DNA of 64,000 nucleotides from Dictyostelium discoideum (taxonomy: Eukaryota), in contig CM000154.2 in assembly GCA_000004695.1 (NCBI GenBank), forward strand, positions 1,280,001 through 1,344,000, in the 5' to 3' direction. Of the stretch, positions 19,201-31,273 are shown piece after piece. Position 1 is the first letter of the stretch. Every line of letters begins with the position of its first letter. The translations under genes were made by a program, and so were the position numbers. The notes under the pieces are model-generated. The model was given only the letters and a program-made list of their open reading frames with translations. It did not search any database and had not been told where the DNA came from.

Positions 19201-19643
19201 GAACGAATCTCTGCAACATATGAATATTTTGATGGTGGTGATTTCTTAAATACGTAAACATGATTGTTGTTCATCTTCTCTTGTGCAATCAATACCTTTT
19301 CACTACCATTAATGATGAAATAACCGCCTTGATCGAATGAACATTCTCCCATCGTTGTTAAATCTCTATCATCTGCTTCATTCAACATACAATATTGTGA
19401 ACGTAACATAATTGGTACTTTACCAATGAAAATTCTCTTTAATACCTCATCGGTTCTTCTTTCATCACCTTTACTCTTTGATCCTGTCATCACCGTTTTC
19501 GTAATATCCACAAATAATGGTGCTGAATAGGTTAAATTTCTAATTCTTGCTTGATTTGGTGTAACTTGTTGTGATACACCATCAATTTCTGCTGTTGGTT
19601 TACTAAGATAAATTTGTCCAAATTTAACTGAAAATGTTGATAC

Positions 19644-19677
<34 letters not shown>

Positions 19678-20079
19678 TAATAATAATAAATTATTAATAA
19701 ATTATAAATATTTATATTATGAGAGTGTGTGTGTATAATTATTGAAATAAATTCATACATTATTACTAACTACTGCTTGACCTGGATGATGTTGTGATTC
19801 AGGTCTTAATGTAATTGGTGGTGATTCATCTATAATTTCTTGCATTGTATTTTGAATAAACTCATCAAATGAATCTAATTGTTGTCTAACTAAACCTTTC
19901 TCTTGAAAATATGCACTAATAACTGTCCAAACATCCTCTTGCGATATATCTGCATGTGGATTATCTATAAAATCATTATAATTTAATAGTTAATAATAAT
20001 TATAATAATAGTAAATATACAATATACTATATATAATATACATACCTTGGGAATCATCATTCATCATATAATCAGACAT
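16275..20079 (-). CDS. rpb2: DNA-directed RNA polymerase II second-largest subunit (Rpb2). Four exons: 20046..20079, 19759..19964, 16626..19643, 16275..16529.
   Basis: Exon 1 is ATG TCT GAT TAT ATG ATG AAT GAT GAT TCC CAA G then GTATGT. Exon 2 encodes [36 protein letters not shown]..., matching the yeast Rpb2 N-terminus. The main exon carries [15 protein letters not shown]...GEMER then GTAAGT. The last exon is [16 protein letters not shown]...CRRCKNK...[16 protein letters not shown] (zinc ribbon). Overall close collinearity with yeast Rpb2. The model gives 80+1006+84 = 1170 aa. Confidence 0.9.
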
Positions 20080-20099
20080 TTTATTTTATATATATATAT

Positions 20100-20256
20100 T
20101 TGTTTTTGTTTTTGTTTTTGTTTTTGTTTTTGTTTTTGTTTTTGTTTTGTTTTCGTTTTTGTTTTTGTTTTTGTTTTTGTTTTTGTTTTTGTTTTTGTTT
20201 TTGTTTTTGTTTTTGTTTGTTTTTGTTTTTGTTTTTGTTTTTGATTGTTTTTGTTT
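20100..20256. repeat. (GTTTTT)n hexanucleotide microsatellite of about 25 units, starting about 20 bp upstream of the rpb2 start codon (on the rpb2 strand, (AAAAAC)n)
   Basis: Direct reading: 'tgtttttgtttttg...'. ORFs 20047..20244 and 20086..20316 are artefacts of the repeat. Confidence 0.9.
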
Positions 20257-20714
20257 AAGAAAAAAAAAAATTGAAAAATTTATGTGTATATATAAATGAA
20301 TATATATTGAATCCAAATTTCTAAAAGAATAAAAAAAAAAAAAAAAAATGATGTAATGAGGGTCGGGAAGTTGATTTACAAGTGATTTAATTCGATTTGG
20401 TTTGATATTTTTTTATTTTATTTTATTTTATTTCCCAAAAAAAAAAAGATATTTATTTTAGTTCAATTTTAATCTATCTTTTTTTTTTGGTGTTCACTCT
20501 GTAATGAATTAACAAAAAAATGAAAAAATTTGAAAAAAAAAAACTTTTTGAGAAATCCAAAAAAAAAAAAATTAAAAAAAATAAAAAAAAAAAAATAAAA
20601 AAAAAATAAAAATAAAAAATAAATTTCAACCTTTGAGGGGGAAAATCATTATTTGATATAGAATAATGATTTTTTTTTTTTTTTATTTTTAGAATTCTAT
20701 TTTTAATTTAATAA

Positions 20715-22137
20715 TTATTTATTTTTTGAGTTTTCAAAATAATAACTATCTAAAATTGAAGGAGAATTACTTTTCATTGCAAACACATAAACATAATGAC
20801 CTTGAATTAAATCCCATTCTTCAAATTCATCAAAAATTTCTAATTTTTCAGTTCTTTTTTTTTTTTTTAAAAAAAAAATATTTAAGTTAGTTTTTATTTC
20901 TAAAAGATTTCAATCCTTTTATATATATTAATTTGATACATACTCCTTTATTCTATTCTTATTTATAAAATCACTATATACATGTCTCATATCTAAAATC
21001 TCTGTTTTATTCCAACCAAGATTATTATATCTTTTTCTTTGATCATCAATTTCTGGAAATGATTCAATTGATAATAATGGACAACCTTTCATCTATTAAA
21101 ATAGTAATAAAGAATAAAGAATAATGATAATATTATTAATAAATTTTAAAAATTGATTATTATTATTATTTTTATAATAATTCTTACTTCAATATTTTTA
21201 ATCATCATTCTACCAAATTCATCATTTGGTTTAATTTGTTCATAAGTTATGAAACAAGATTCAGAGAATTTATTAGATGCCCATTGAATAACATCGTTAC
21301 CACATTTGGTTGGAATATAAACTAAAACACATTCTGATAAGAATAAAGTTGGTACATTATAATCTATCTCTAATTCATCGAAAATTTTAAATGTTTCTAA
21401 ATTGGTTAAATCAATTGAACCTAATCTATATGATTTCGATGATACTCTCTGATGATTTACCATTGATGCTAACTTTTCATTCGTATCATATTTACTATCC
21501 CATTCTTGATCAATCATTGATTGCAACTCTTTATGATTTTGAATTATCTTTATTTTATTACTAATCACTTGATCATAATCAACTTCAAAATATATAAAAT
21601 CCTTTTTAATATCTTTATTATTCTATTTTTTAAATTAAAAAAAATAAAAAAATAAAAAAAAAATAAAAAAAAAGTTAGTAAAAGTTAATAATAAAAAAAA
21701 AATTAAAAAATTATAAAAAAATTTTATTTTTTTTTTTTTACCATTAATCTAAAATAATAAGTATCAAAACCACAACCTAAACTAATGATTTGTTTTTTAT
21801 TTATATCTTTATATTGAGTAAAGAATTGTGATACTAATTGTTCAATACATTCAACTCTTGAAAAGAAACCACGATTGATTAATGGTTGTCTTCTAATTGG
21901 ATGTTTAACAAAATATTTTACAAATGGGTCTGAATAATATCCAACATTGACTGCTGATAATTTACATGAAGCTGCATCATCATTGGTTCCAATAATTGAT
22001 TCTTTATGACTTTTCTTTATTGAGGTTCTTGGTGCATGTGAATTATTATTATTACTATTATTATTATTGTTATTATTATTATTTTTATTATTGTTATGGC
22101 TACCAATACTACTTAATGGTGGTATTGAAAATGACAT
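20715..22137 (-). CDS. Leucine carboxyl methyltransferase (PP2A methyltransferase LCMT1/Ppm1-like). Four exons: 21742..22137, 21188..21622, 20944..21092, 20715..20853.
   Basis: Exon 1: ...DDAASCKLSAVNVGYYSDPFVKYFV...INRGFFSRV...ISLGCGFDTYYFRLM, with a gtaaaa donor. Exon 2: NNKDIKKDFIYFEVDYDQVISNK...TLFLSECVLVYI...KNIE, with a gtaaga donor. Exon 3: MKGCPLLSIESFPEIDDQRKRYNNLGW..., ending in phase 2 with GTATGT. Exon 4: (E)TEKLEIFDEFEEWDLIQGHYVYVFAMKSN...*. Collinear with human LCMT1 motifs (EINRGYFARV, NLGAGMDT, YFEVDFP). About 372 aa. Confidence 0.8.
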
Positions 22138-22174
22138 ATTTGGATTATTTTATAAAATAAATATATTTTTGCCC

Positions 22175-22205
<31 letters not shown>

Positions 22206-22379
22206 AAAAATAAAAAAAAAAAGTTTTATTTTTGGCAAATTAAAGTTGTGTGTGAAGACTGGAAATTTTTTTTTTTTTTTTTTTTTAAATTTAATTTTTT
22301 TTTTTTTAAATTTATTTTCTTTTTTTTTTTTTTTTTTTTTTGTTTTTTCAATTTTTTTTTTTTATATTTTCTTTATTAT

Positions 22380-22520
22380 ACACCCGTATTTTTTTTTTAT
22401 ATATAAACAATTCTCCATATATATATATATATATAACTTTTTTCTTTTCTTTTTTTAATCATATATATATATATATATATACATTCATTTATATACATAA
22501 TATATATAAATATTATATAG
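22380..22520. repeat. (TA)n dinucleotide repeats and poly-T low-complexity block (intergenic)
   Basis: Direct reading ('atatatatatatatat'). ORFs 22246..22705 are artefacts. Confidence 0.8.
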
Positions 22521-22979
22521 TTGCCAAGCCTCAAACCGCCCGAGAACAGTAGAAAGAAAAGATACGATTTGTTCAGAAAAACAGTAAAGAGAGAATCCAA
22601 AAAAAAAAAAAAAAAAAAAAAAAAAACAAAAAAAAAACAAAAAAAAAGAAAATAATAATAAATAAATAATCTCAAAGGTGACATTAACAAAAGTTTAATA
22701 ATCACTTTTTTGGTTTAAAAAAAAAAAAAATAAAAATAAAAGTAAAAAAAAATAAAATAAAATAAAAAAAAAAAAAAATATATATATATACCATATATAT
22801 AAAAAAAATAATACATTAAAAAAAAAAAAAAAAAAATTTTTATATAAATAAAAAAAAAAAATAAAAAAAAAAAACTTTATTCTTGTGAAGTATTTGTTTT
22901 TTTTTTTTTTTTTTTTTTTTTTTTTCTCCCAAGTGTTTTTAAAATTAGATTTTCGAATTATAATTTATAATTTTCAAAA

Positions 22980-23375
22980 ATGAATAAAAATGGTGGACCA
23001 CCAGTTGCCAATATAACAACTTCATCCACTACAATCACATCTACAACCACAACACAAGCAAAATCACAATTACCATCATCACTTTCGGTAAATAATTTAC
23101 ACACAACACAAGGTTCAACTGATCAACCAACCATTTTGGGTGTAACTGAGCCAATTTCAACCGCTCCACCATCATCTATTGATTTTAAACTTTCCACTGA
23201 ACTTGAGAATACATTAATTTCTTTCAATTTATTTGAATCACCAGAGGAGAGTAGAAAAAGAGAAGAGATTTTAGGTAAATTAAATCAAATTGTTAGAGAA
23301 TGGGCAAAACAAGTTAGTTTAAAAAAGGTAAATTATTATTATTTTTATTTTTCTTGTAATCATTATTTTTTTACT

Positions 23376-23436
<61 letters not shown>

Positions 23437-25635
23437 GGGTTATCCAGAACAAACTGCATCAGAAGTTGTAGCAAAAATTTTTACATTTGGTTCATATAGA
23501 TTGGGTGTACATGGCCCAGGTAGTGATATTGATACACTTTGTGTTGGTCCAAAACATATAATGAGATCAGACTTTTTTGATGATTTATCAGATATTTTAA
23601 AAGTTCATCCAGAAATTACAGAATTTACAGTAAATATTATTAGATAATTATTATTTATATTAAAATATAACAAATCAAATTAAATTTTTAATACTAATTT
23701 ATTAATTTTTTATTTATTTTTTTTATTTTTTATTTTTATTTATAGACAGTCAAAGATGCATTTGTACCAGTTATAACAATGGTATTTTCAGGTATACCAA
23801 TTGATTTAATTTATGCAAAATTAGCATTAACAGCAATTCCAGAAGAATTAAATGATTTAATTGATGAATCATTTTTAAAGAATATTGATGAAAAGAGTAT
23901 TCTTAGTTTAAATGGTTGTCGTGTGACTGATCAAATTTTAAAATTGGTACCAAATATTCCAAACTTTAGAATGGCATTAAGATGTATTAAACTTTGGGCA
24001 ATTAGAAGAGGTATTTATTCAAATATTTTAGGATTTTTAGGTGGTGTATCGTGGGCACTTTTAACAGCAAGAATCTGTCAACTCTATCCAAACTCTGCAC
24101 CAAGTACCATCATTCATAGATTTTTCAAGGTATATGAAATTTGGAAATGGCCAGCACCCATTTTATTATGTCACATTCAAGAGGGTGGTATTTTAGGTCC
24201 AAAGGTTTGGAATCCAAAGAGAGATAAAGCTCATTTAATGCCAATTATTACACCAGCATATCCTTCAATGAATTCCACTTACAATGTATCCAAATCAACA
24301 TTACAATTAATGAAGAGTGAATTTGTTAGAGGTGCAGAGATCACAAGAAAGATTGAAACTGGTGAATGTACTTGGAAGAATTTATTGGAGAAATGTGATT
24401 TCTTCACTCGTTATAGTTTTTATATAGAGATCGATTGTTATTCAATGAATGAAGAAGATTCTAGAAAATGGGAGGGTTGGATAGAATCCAAATTAAGATT
24501 TTTAATTTCAAACTTAGAGTCTACACCAAAGATGAAGTTTGCTGTGCCATATCCAAAAGGATTTACAAACAATCTTCATAAAGCAAATAATCCCGATCAA
24601 ATTTGTACCTCTTTTTTCATGGGTCTCTCTTTTAATTTTTCAAATACACCAGGTGCCGATAAAAGTGTTGATTTAACCAAAGCTGTGACTGAATTCACTG
24701 GTATAATTAAAGATTGGCTTAGAACTCAACCAAATCCTGATACAATGGATATTAAAGTACAATATATTAAAAAGAAACAACTTCCAGCTTTTGTAAAGGA
24801 TGAAGGTCCTGAAGAACCTGTAAAAACTACAAAGAAGAGATCTTCAACTGGTGAACCTTCTGCAACTAGAAAGAAATTAAAAAGTGAAAATTCTGATAAT
24901 AAATTAAATTCTCCAAAATCTCCAATAACTACAAATATTAATTCTACACCTACTACTTCCACTCCTACTACTACTGCTAATACTACCACTAATACTACCA
25001 CTGCTACTACTACTACCACTACTACAACTGTTCCGATCACTTCCACACCAACTTCAAATATTTCTTCACCAACTATGAATTCTACAGAGTTAACTACACC
25101 AACTTCAACCTCTACAACAACTTCAAATGATTCAATTACAACTCCTCCTACCACTACAACTATCAACTCTGTACAACCACCATCTGCACAACCAACCGAA
25201 AATGGTTCATCAACATCTAATTCACCAACATCTACTTCAATAAATAATACCGCATTACCACCCAATCCAACCACAAACAGTGAGTCAACTATTGAAACAA
25301 CAATAACCCTACCAACAACATTAGAGTCACAAACATCAACATTAAAAGATAGTAACGAAATATCCACCAATGGTACAGCAGTTGCAACTGAACCAACAAT
25401 TACTTCACCATCTGTAAATATAAATGAATCATCAACATCAACATCAACAACAACTACAACAACAGTAACCGAACAACAAATTCAAACTGCACCAACAACT
25501 GCTACTCCAATAAATAAAACCATTGTAAACACTATGGAAGTTAATGAATTAAGCTTCATTTCATCTTCAAGTGAAACTTCTCAATCTAAACCACCACCAA
25601 AGAAACCAACTATCAGTATTATTAGAGGCAATTAA
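22980..25635 (+). CDS. Poly(A) polymerase (canonical nuclear PAP) with a long S/T/N-rich C-terminal tail. Three exons: 22980..23327, 23437..23628, 23746..25635.
   Basis: Exon 1 ...[22 protein letters not shown] then GTAAAT. Exon 2 [47 protein letters not shown]... (nucleotidyltransferase GS...DID motif), then gtaaat. Exon 3 from tatag|ACA: [27 protein letters not shown]...[62 protein letters not shown], almost identical in blocks to vertebrate PAPOLA. The minus ORF 24726..25370 is an antisense artefact. Confidence 0.9.
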
Positions 25636-26169
25636 AATTTTCACAACTAAAACGACATCATCTTCACATTCCATCTTTTTTTTTTTTTTTTTATTTTTTT
25701 GGATTTTTTTTTTTTTCCTTTTCCACTTCTTTCCTATCCTTTCTTTTTTCTTTTTTTTTTTTTTTTCCATTTTCCATTTTCCTTTGATCTATTTTTCCCT
25801 TTTCTATCATATATTTTTTTTTTTTTCCTTTTACTAGGTTGGTAGGTATAAACACTCAAATCCAATAAAATAAAACTACAAAAAAAAAAAAATAAACAAC
25901 AAAAAAAAAACAAAAAAAAAAAACAACAAAACAAAAAAAAAAAGCAATAATAATAATAATAATAATAATAATAGTAATCAATTTTACCTTTTTTTTTTTA
26001 TCTCTTCAAATATTTAAATAAAGTTATAAAAAGTATAATTTTTTTAGACACTTGTTCTAAATTACTTTTTTAAAAAAAAAAAAAAAAATTAAAAGGCTTG
26101 TGTATGAATAATTACTATTTTTTTTTAAAAAATTTAATCTAATTTATTTTTTCTTTTTTTTTTGTTTAT

Positions 26170-27857
26170 TTAATGATGTTCATCGAAATCGATAGCATGT
26201 TGTAATTGATTTAAATCTTCGATAGTTCTACGTTTTAAGATGAGGTCACGAGCAGTATCCATTTTACCATAGTTACCATAACATAAGACACCAACGACAT
26301 TATTGTTATCATTCAAGTAATAGATGTTACCTTTGGTGTAGGATTGTTTAGTTTCATCAGAGGATGGCTTCTCCCAAACTGAAAATGTTTTTAATTTTGA
26401 GCTAGTATTACCAACAGCTTCAAAACCAACACCTGGTGTTAAATCTGACCAAAAGAATGGTTGATATGTGTATGGAGCTGGTGTATCCTTAGTTGACATA
26501 TTTGAACCAGCCATTTCACCAGTGGCACGTGCATGGTCATGATGTTCAACACGACGACGTACACCTAAACTGAAATCATAATAGGATGCGACATCACCAG
26601 CGACATATAGATCGGTACGAGCTTGAAGTTCTGGATTGACGACATAACCACCATTTATTGGATCTATTTCTAATGTTGTACTTTTAACTACATTTGTATT
26701 TGGAATGATACCGGCGGCAACAACAACATGATCAGTTTCAAAGGTTTTACCATTGTTTAAAGTGACAGTTAATCTACCATTTTCAGAGTTATCGACTACA
26801 TCTTTAATTAAAGTACCAGTGTGAACATTAACACCACTCTTAATGATTTCTTCAGTTGCATATTTACTAAGATAGTCTGGGAATAAAGTACTTAATACAC
26901 CAGATTCTGGGAAAATTTGATCGATTTTAATGTTTTTATCTTGAAAGTTTGAATTGATTGCACAAGTTAATTCACTACCTAAGAAACCACCACCTAAAAC
27001 GGTGACATGTTTACCACCATCCTTTACAACTTCATAAAGTTTTCTAAAATCTTCAACGGTTCTATAGGTTGAAATCTTTTTATCATTGGTTGATGTGAAT
27101 TTTAATTGACGTGGTTCACCACCTGTTGCAATTAAACATTTGTCATAACGAATTAATTTACCATCATTTAATAATACTAATTTTTCATCAATATGTAAAT
27201 CAATAACTTTTTTAGTTCTAATAAATTGTAAAATTTCATTACCATATGCTGATTCTTGTTCATATAATAAACTAAAAAAAATAAAAAAATAAAAAAATAA
27301 AAATAATTAATATTATGAAAAAGACTAATATAAATAAATAATAAAATGAAAATAACATACTTTTGTTTTTTACCAGACCAATCAGAGAAATTTAAAGTAT
27401 TTACAACATTATCATCTTTAGTAGCCCAAAGTGATTTTGTTAATGGTGGTCTTTGATATGGAACTTCATACTCTTTTGAAATTAAAAGGATAGTTGCTTC
27501 TTTATCATTCTCTAAGATTTTATCAATTGCATGGTAAGCTGCTGTTCCACCACCAATGATTACATATTTAAATTGTTCAATATCATATTCTTCATCCATC
27601 TTCTTTTGATAATCTTCTTTGGTTTTTGGTGGTTGTGATTTTTTTTCTTTGACATCAATTGATGGAGTTGATTCTGGTTCTTTTTCTTGATCTAAAAATA
27701 CACAACCAGCAAATAATGCTGATACACCAACTGATACACCAACAATTGATTTGAATGCATTGTTTCCATTTTTACCACTGAATCTTCCTTTTGATGAGGA
27801 TTGGTAAAATCTATTTCCAATTGTAAATTTTGTTAATTTTGTTAAATTTCTTATCAT
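26170..27857 (-). CDS. aifA: Apoptosis-inducing factor (AIF)-like FAD/NAD-dependent oxidoreductase, mitochondrial. Two exons: 27361..27857 and 26170..27271.
   Basis: Exon 1: presequence-like N-terminus, then FKYVIIGGGTAAYHAID (FAD GxGxxG)...PYQRPPLTKSLWA, ending ...GKKQ(aa) with GTATGT. Acceptor ttttag|T. I translated exon 2 completely and it is open: LLYEQESAYG...RYDKCLIATGGEPR...VLGGGFLGSELTCAI...TDHVVVAAGIIPN...DLYVAGDVASYYD...RRVEHHDHARATGEMAGSNM...YGKMDTARDLI...*. It is collinear with human AIFM1. About 532 aa. The intron is 89 nt, which explains the frame break in the ORF track. Confidence 0.85.
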
Positions 27858-27934
27858 TTTTTTTTATTTTTTTTTTTTGGGTTGGGGATGTTGAAAAAAA
27901 AAATAAATTAATGAATCAAATGATGTTAAAAATG

Positions 27935-27979
<45 letters not shown>

Positions 27980-28484
27980 AAAATTAATTTACACAACAAA
28001 TTCAAACGCGGAAATTATAAAAAATAAAAAAAAATAAAAATAAAAAAAAAAAATAAAAAAAAAAAACTTCTATTTTTAATCAAATAATTTCAAAACAAAT
28101 TTTCTTACAGAATAAAATTTTTAAATTATTTATAACACTTTAGATTTATAACCTTGTGTGTAAGAGTATAACAAATATATGGAAATAGTTTTTTACTATT
28201 TCTATATTTTTTCTTTTTCTTCTTCTTAAAATAAATAAAAAAAAAAAATTAATTAAATATTTAAGTACACTGTTCATCAAATTCAATAAGAGTTCCTTTA
28301 CCCAAATTAATTTCTAACCCGAACTTTAAAAATCTCATATCTTTTAATAATTAAAAATTAAATAAAATAAATAAAATCTATTTTTAGGATTAAAAAAAAA
28401 AAAATTAAAAATAATAAATAAATAAATAAAAAATCTATGAGCAAACCGAAATTATTAAAAAAAAAAAAAAAAAAAAATATTTTT

Positions 28485-28552
28485 GGAAGTTTTAAAGAAA
28501 AAATATTTGCTCATAATTAATTCTAAGCAAGTATTTTTTCTTTAAAACTTCC
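28485..28552. promoter_or_regulatory. 26-bp near-perfect inverted repeat (hairpin/palindrome) with a 16-nt loop, about 300 bp upstream of Fsl paralog C
   Basis: Left arm ggaagttttaaagaaaaaatatttgc (28485-28510); right arm gcaagtattttttctttaaaacttcc (28527-28552). One mismatch. Confidence 0.5.
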
Positions 28553-28842
28553 TCATTTATTTTTATATTTAATTTTTTTTTTTTTTTTTTAAAAAATAAT
28601 ATTCAATGATGGCTTTTCATGAAAATCATTCGAACCATTTTCAATTGGCTTTCCGATTAAAATATTTTTAAATTTTTTTTTTTTTTTTTGTCAGATGAAG
28701 ATCAAGATCTTGTCAAAAAAAAAAAAAAAAAAAAAGGATTTTTTTAAATTAATAAAGATTTTATATTTTATAACAAATTTTTTTTTTTTTTTTTTTATTC
28801 ATAAAAAATAATAAATCTCTTTTTTCTTTTAAAAAAATAATA

Positions 28843-30648
28843 ATGAAATCAATAATATTTATAACTTTTTTTATTTTTTTTTTAAAAAAATTAAATGGAT
28901 TACCAAATGGATATGGAGTAGGATTAGTTGACCCAAATGGGCAATGTATGAATTATATTGGTGATTCAATTGACCAACCATTATGTAAAAACAAATTATC
29001 AAATAATGGTGAATTTATTTATTCTACAATTGGAAATTCATTAAATTCACAAACTTTATCACAACAAACAATAGCAAAATCATTTGAAGCATTAACATTC
29101 ATTCAAAACCAATGTCAAGATTTATTATTTGCAGAATACGGAATTTGTAATATTTATTTATCACCATGTATTATAACAACTGTAGCACCATTGAAAAATA
29201 TATCGCTGCCACAAAGATTATGTAATTCAGCATGTCAAAGAATGGTTACCAACTGTCCAAGGCTTGGAGAAAAAATTGATTGTTCAATTTCATTTTTATT
29301 TCCAGAAGTTGGGACACTGTATAACCTATCTGATTACGGCTATAAAGCCAATGGTGGTTTATATGAAGTACCATGTTTTAATCCAACTGCTGATTATGAC
29401 AATTCCTCTAGTTTAAATGAATTTATTGAAATATGTCCCTCTCCATTATTATTAAAGAATTCAAGTGATCCGAAATATTCAAAAAGAGGCTATACTTATC
29501 TTCCACCCACAAATTGCGTACTTCCATGTCCAGTTCCAAATTATACAAAAGAAAAATGGAATCAAATTGAAAACTTGTCAAAAGTATTATCAACAATTAG
29601 TTTTGTATGTTCAATTTATAATATATTATCATTTGGAATTTTAAAAAAAAAAAAAACTAAATATACAATTTGTATATCAGCACTTTCAGCATCAGTTGCA
29701 TTGATCAATCTTGGAGATATCATAAAGATTGGGGTTGGTTATGAAAAAGTACTATGTCCAGAACCAGGTAGATTTGCAACACAAGTAGATGATCCTCTAT
29801 GTGGATTAACCGCTGCATTATTCCATGTTGGAATTTGTAGCACTGTATTATGGACTACAACAATGGCAATTTATTTATATTCAGCAATTAAAAATATTAA
29901 ATTATTTAAATTCCGTTATTTTATAATTTTTAATACTGGATTTTCATTAACAAGCTTAATAATTGCTGCATCAGCCTCAAAATTCGAAGCTGGTACTGGT
30001 TCAATAGAATGTTGGATTAGAGATAGATGGTATTCAATATGTTTATTCTGGCTTCCTTGTGGTATTTGTTTATTAATTGGTACAATTTGTATTGCTTCTG
30101 TCATTGTTGAAATTTATAAAGTATTTTTTCAAAATTTTTAATATATATTATTTTTAAAAATTATTTAATTTCATATTAATTATTTTAAATTTATTATTTA
30201 GGTTTCCAAGAATATTAAATTAAGTGAAAGTGAAACAATAATGAGACAAATTAAACCAATTATAAGTGTAATTTTAGTATCTGGATCATTTACATACCTT
30301 TTTATAATATTTTTTGATATTGAAAGAAACTTTGGAGGATATAGATCAGCAGTGACTGATTATGTTTTATGTCTATTAAACAGTACTGATAATGGTATAG
30401 AATGTCATACAAGTGGTCCTAGCTATAATCCTTATTTTATGTTTTACTTCTTTATGAGGTTTTTTGGAATTCTATTCTTTTTAATTTATGGCACTTCAAA
30501 AAATGCAAGAGATTCCTGGTATGAATTATTTATAAAAATTAAAGTCTCTCTTAGTGAAACCTCTTCAACAATTAGTAATAATAGTGGTGGTGGTTCTAGT
30601 CAACAAAAACAACAACAACAAAATGAAATAAAACTGGAAAAAATTTAA
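28843..30648 (+). CDS. Frizzled/Smoothened-like (Fsl-type) 7TM receptor, paralog C. Two exons: 28843..30120 and 30202..30648.
   Basis: Signal peptide. CRD: FEALTFIQNQCQDLLFAEYGICNIYLSPC...LPQRLCNSACQRMVTNCPRL. Seven TM helices. Donor ...EIYK|GTATTT at 30121; acceptor tttag|GTT at 30202, phase 0. Exon 2 VSKNIKLSESETIMRQIKP...YGTSKNARDSW. About 574 aa. Same intron position as paralog B. Confidence 0.6.
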
Positions 30649-30715
30649 TAATAAAAAAAAATAAAAATAAAAATTGCACAAAAAGTTACTTAAATAATTA
30701 ATTTATTATTATTTT

Positions 30716-31179
30716 TTAAAATTTAATTAATGAAGGATAATCATTTTTACCACCCAATTCAATCATTTCATTAGAATCATTTTGATTTTCACCCCAAAAT
30801 GATTTTGAATAGTCAATAAAAATCTGTTCACCTTTTTTAATTGATTTAGTTGCAGTGATGAGTGCTTGTTCACAACCATATTCAAATATACATTCACTTT
30901 CTGCATTTTTAAATTTACTTGAATGATTAATCATACCACCCATTGATCTATATTTTGAGGCATCTAAACCAAAATCTTCATTTGAAATCATCATATTATA
31001 ATTTGTAGTTTCCATTTTTTCATTCATTGTTATCATACCACCATATCTAACTATAAAATCACCACTTTTAAAATCCTTACCTGCAAATAATCCCCAACCT
31101 ACTGATTCTGAAATAAATCCTAAAATTATATTTTCTTCACCACCACTATTATTAATTAACTTTAAATATATGTTAATAA

Positions 31180-31273
<94 letters not shown>

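Noticed and set aside
24726-25370. 214-aa ORF on the minus strand inside the poly(A) polymerase gene
   Set aside because: It is antisense to the S/T-rich tail of PAP (V/G-rich because it is the complement of ACN/ACT codons). There are no independent signals.
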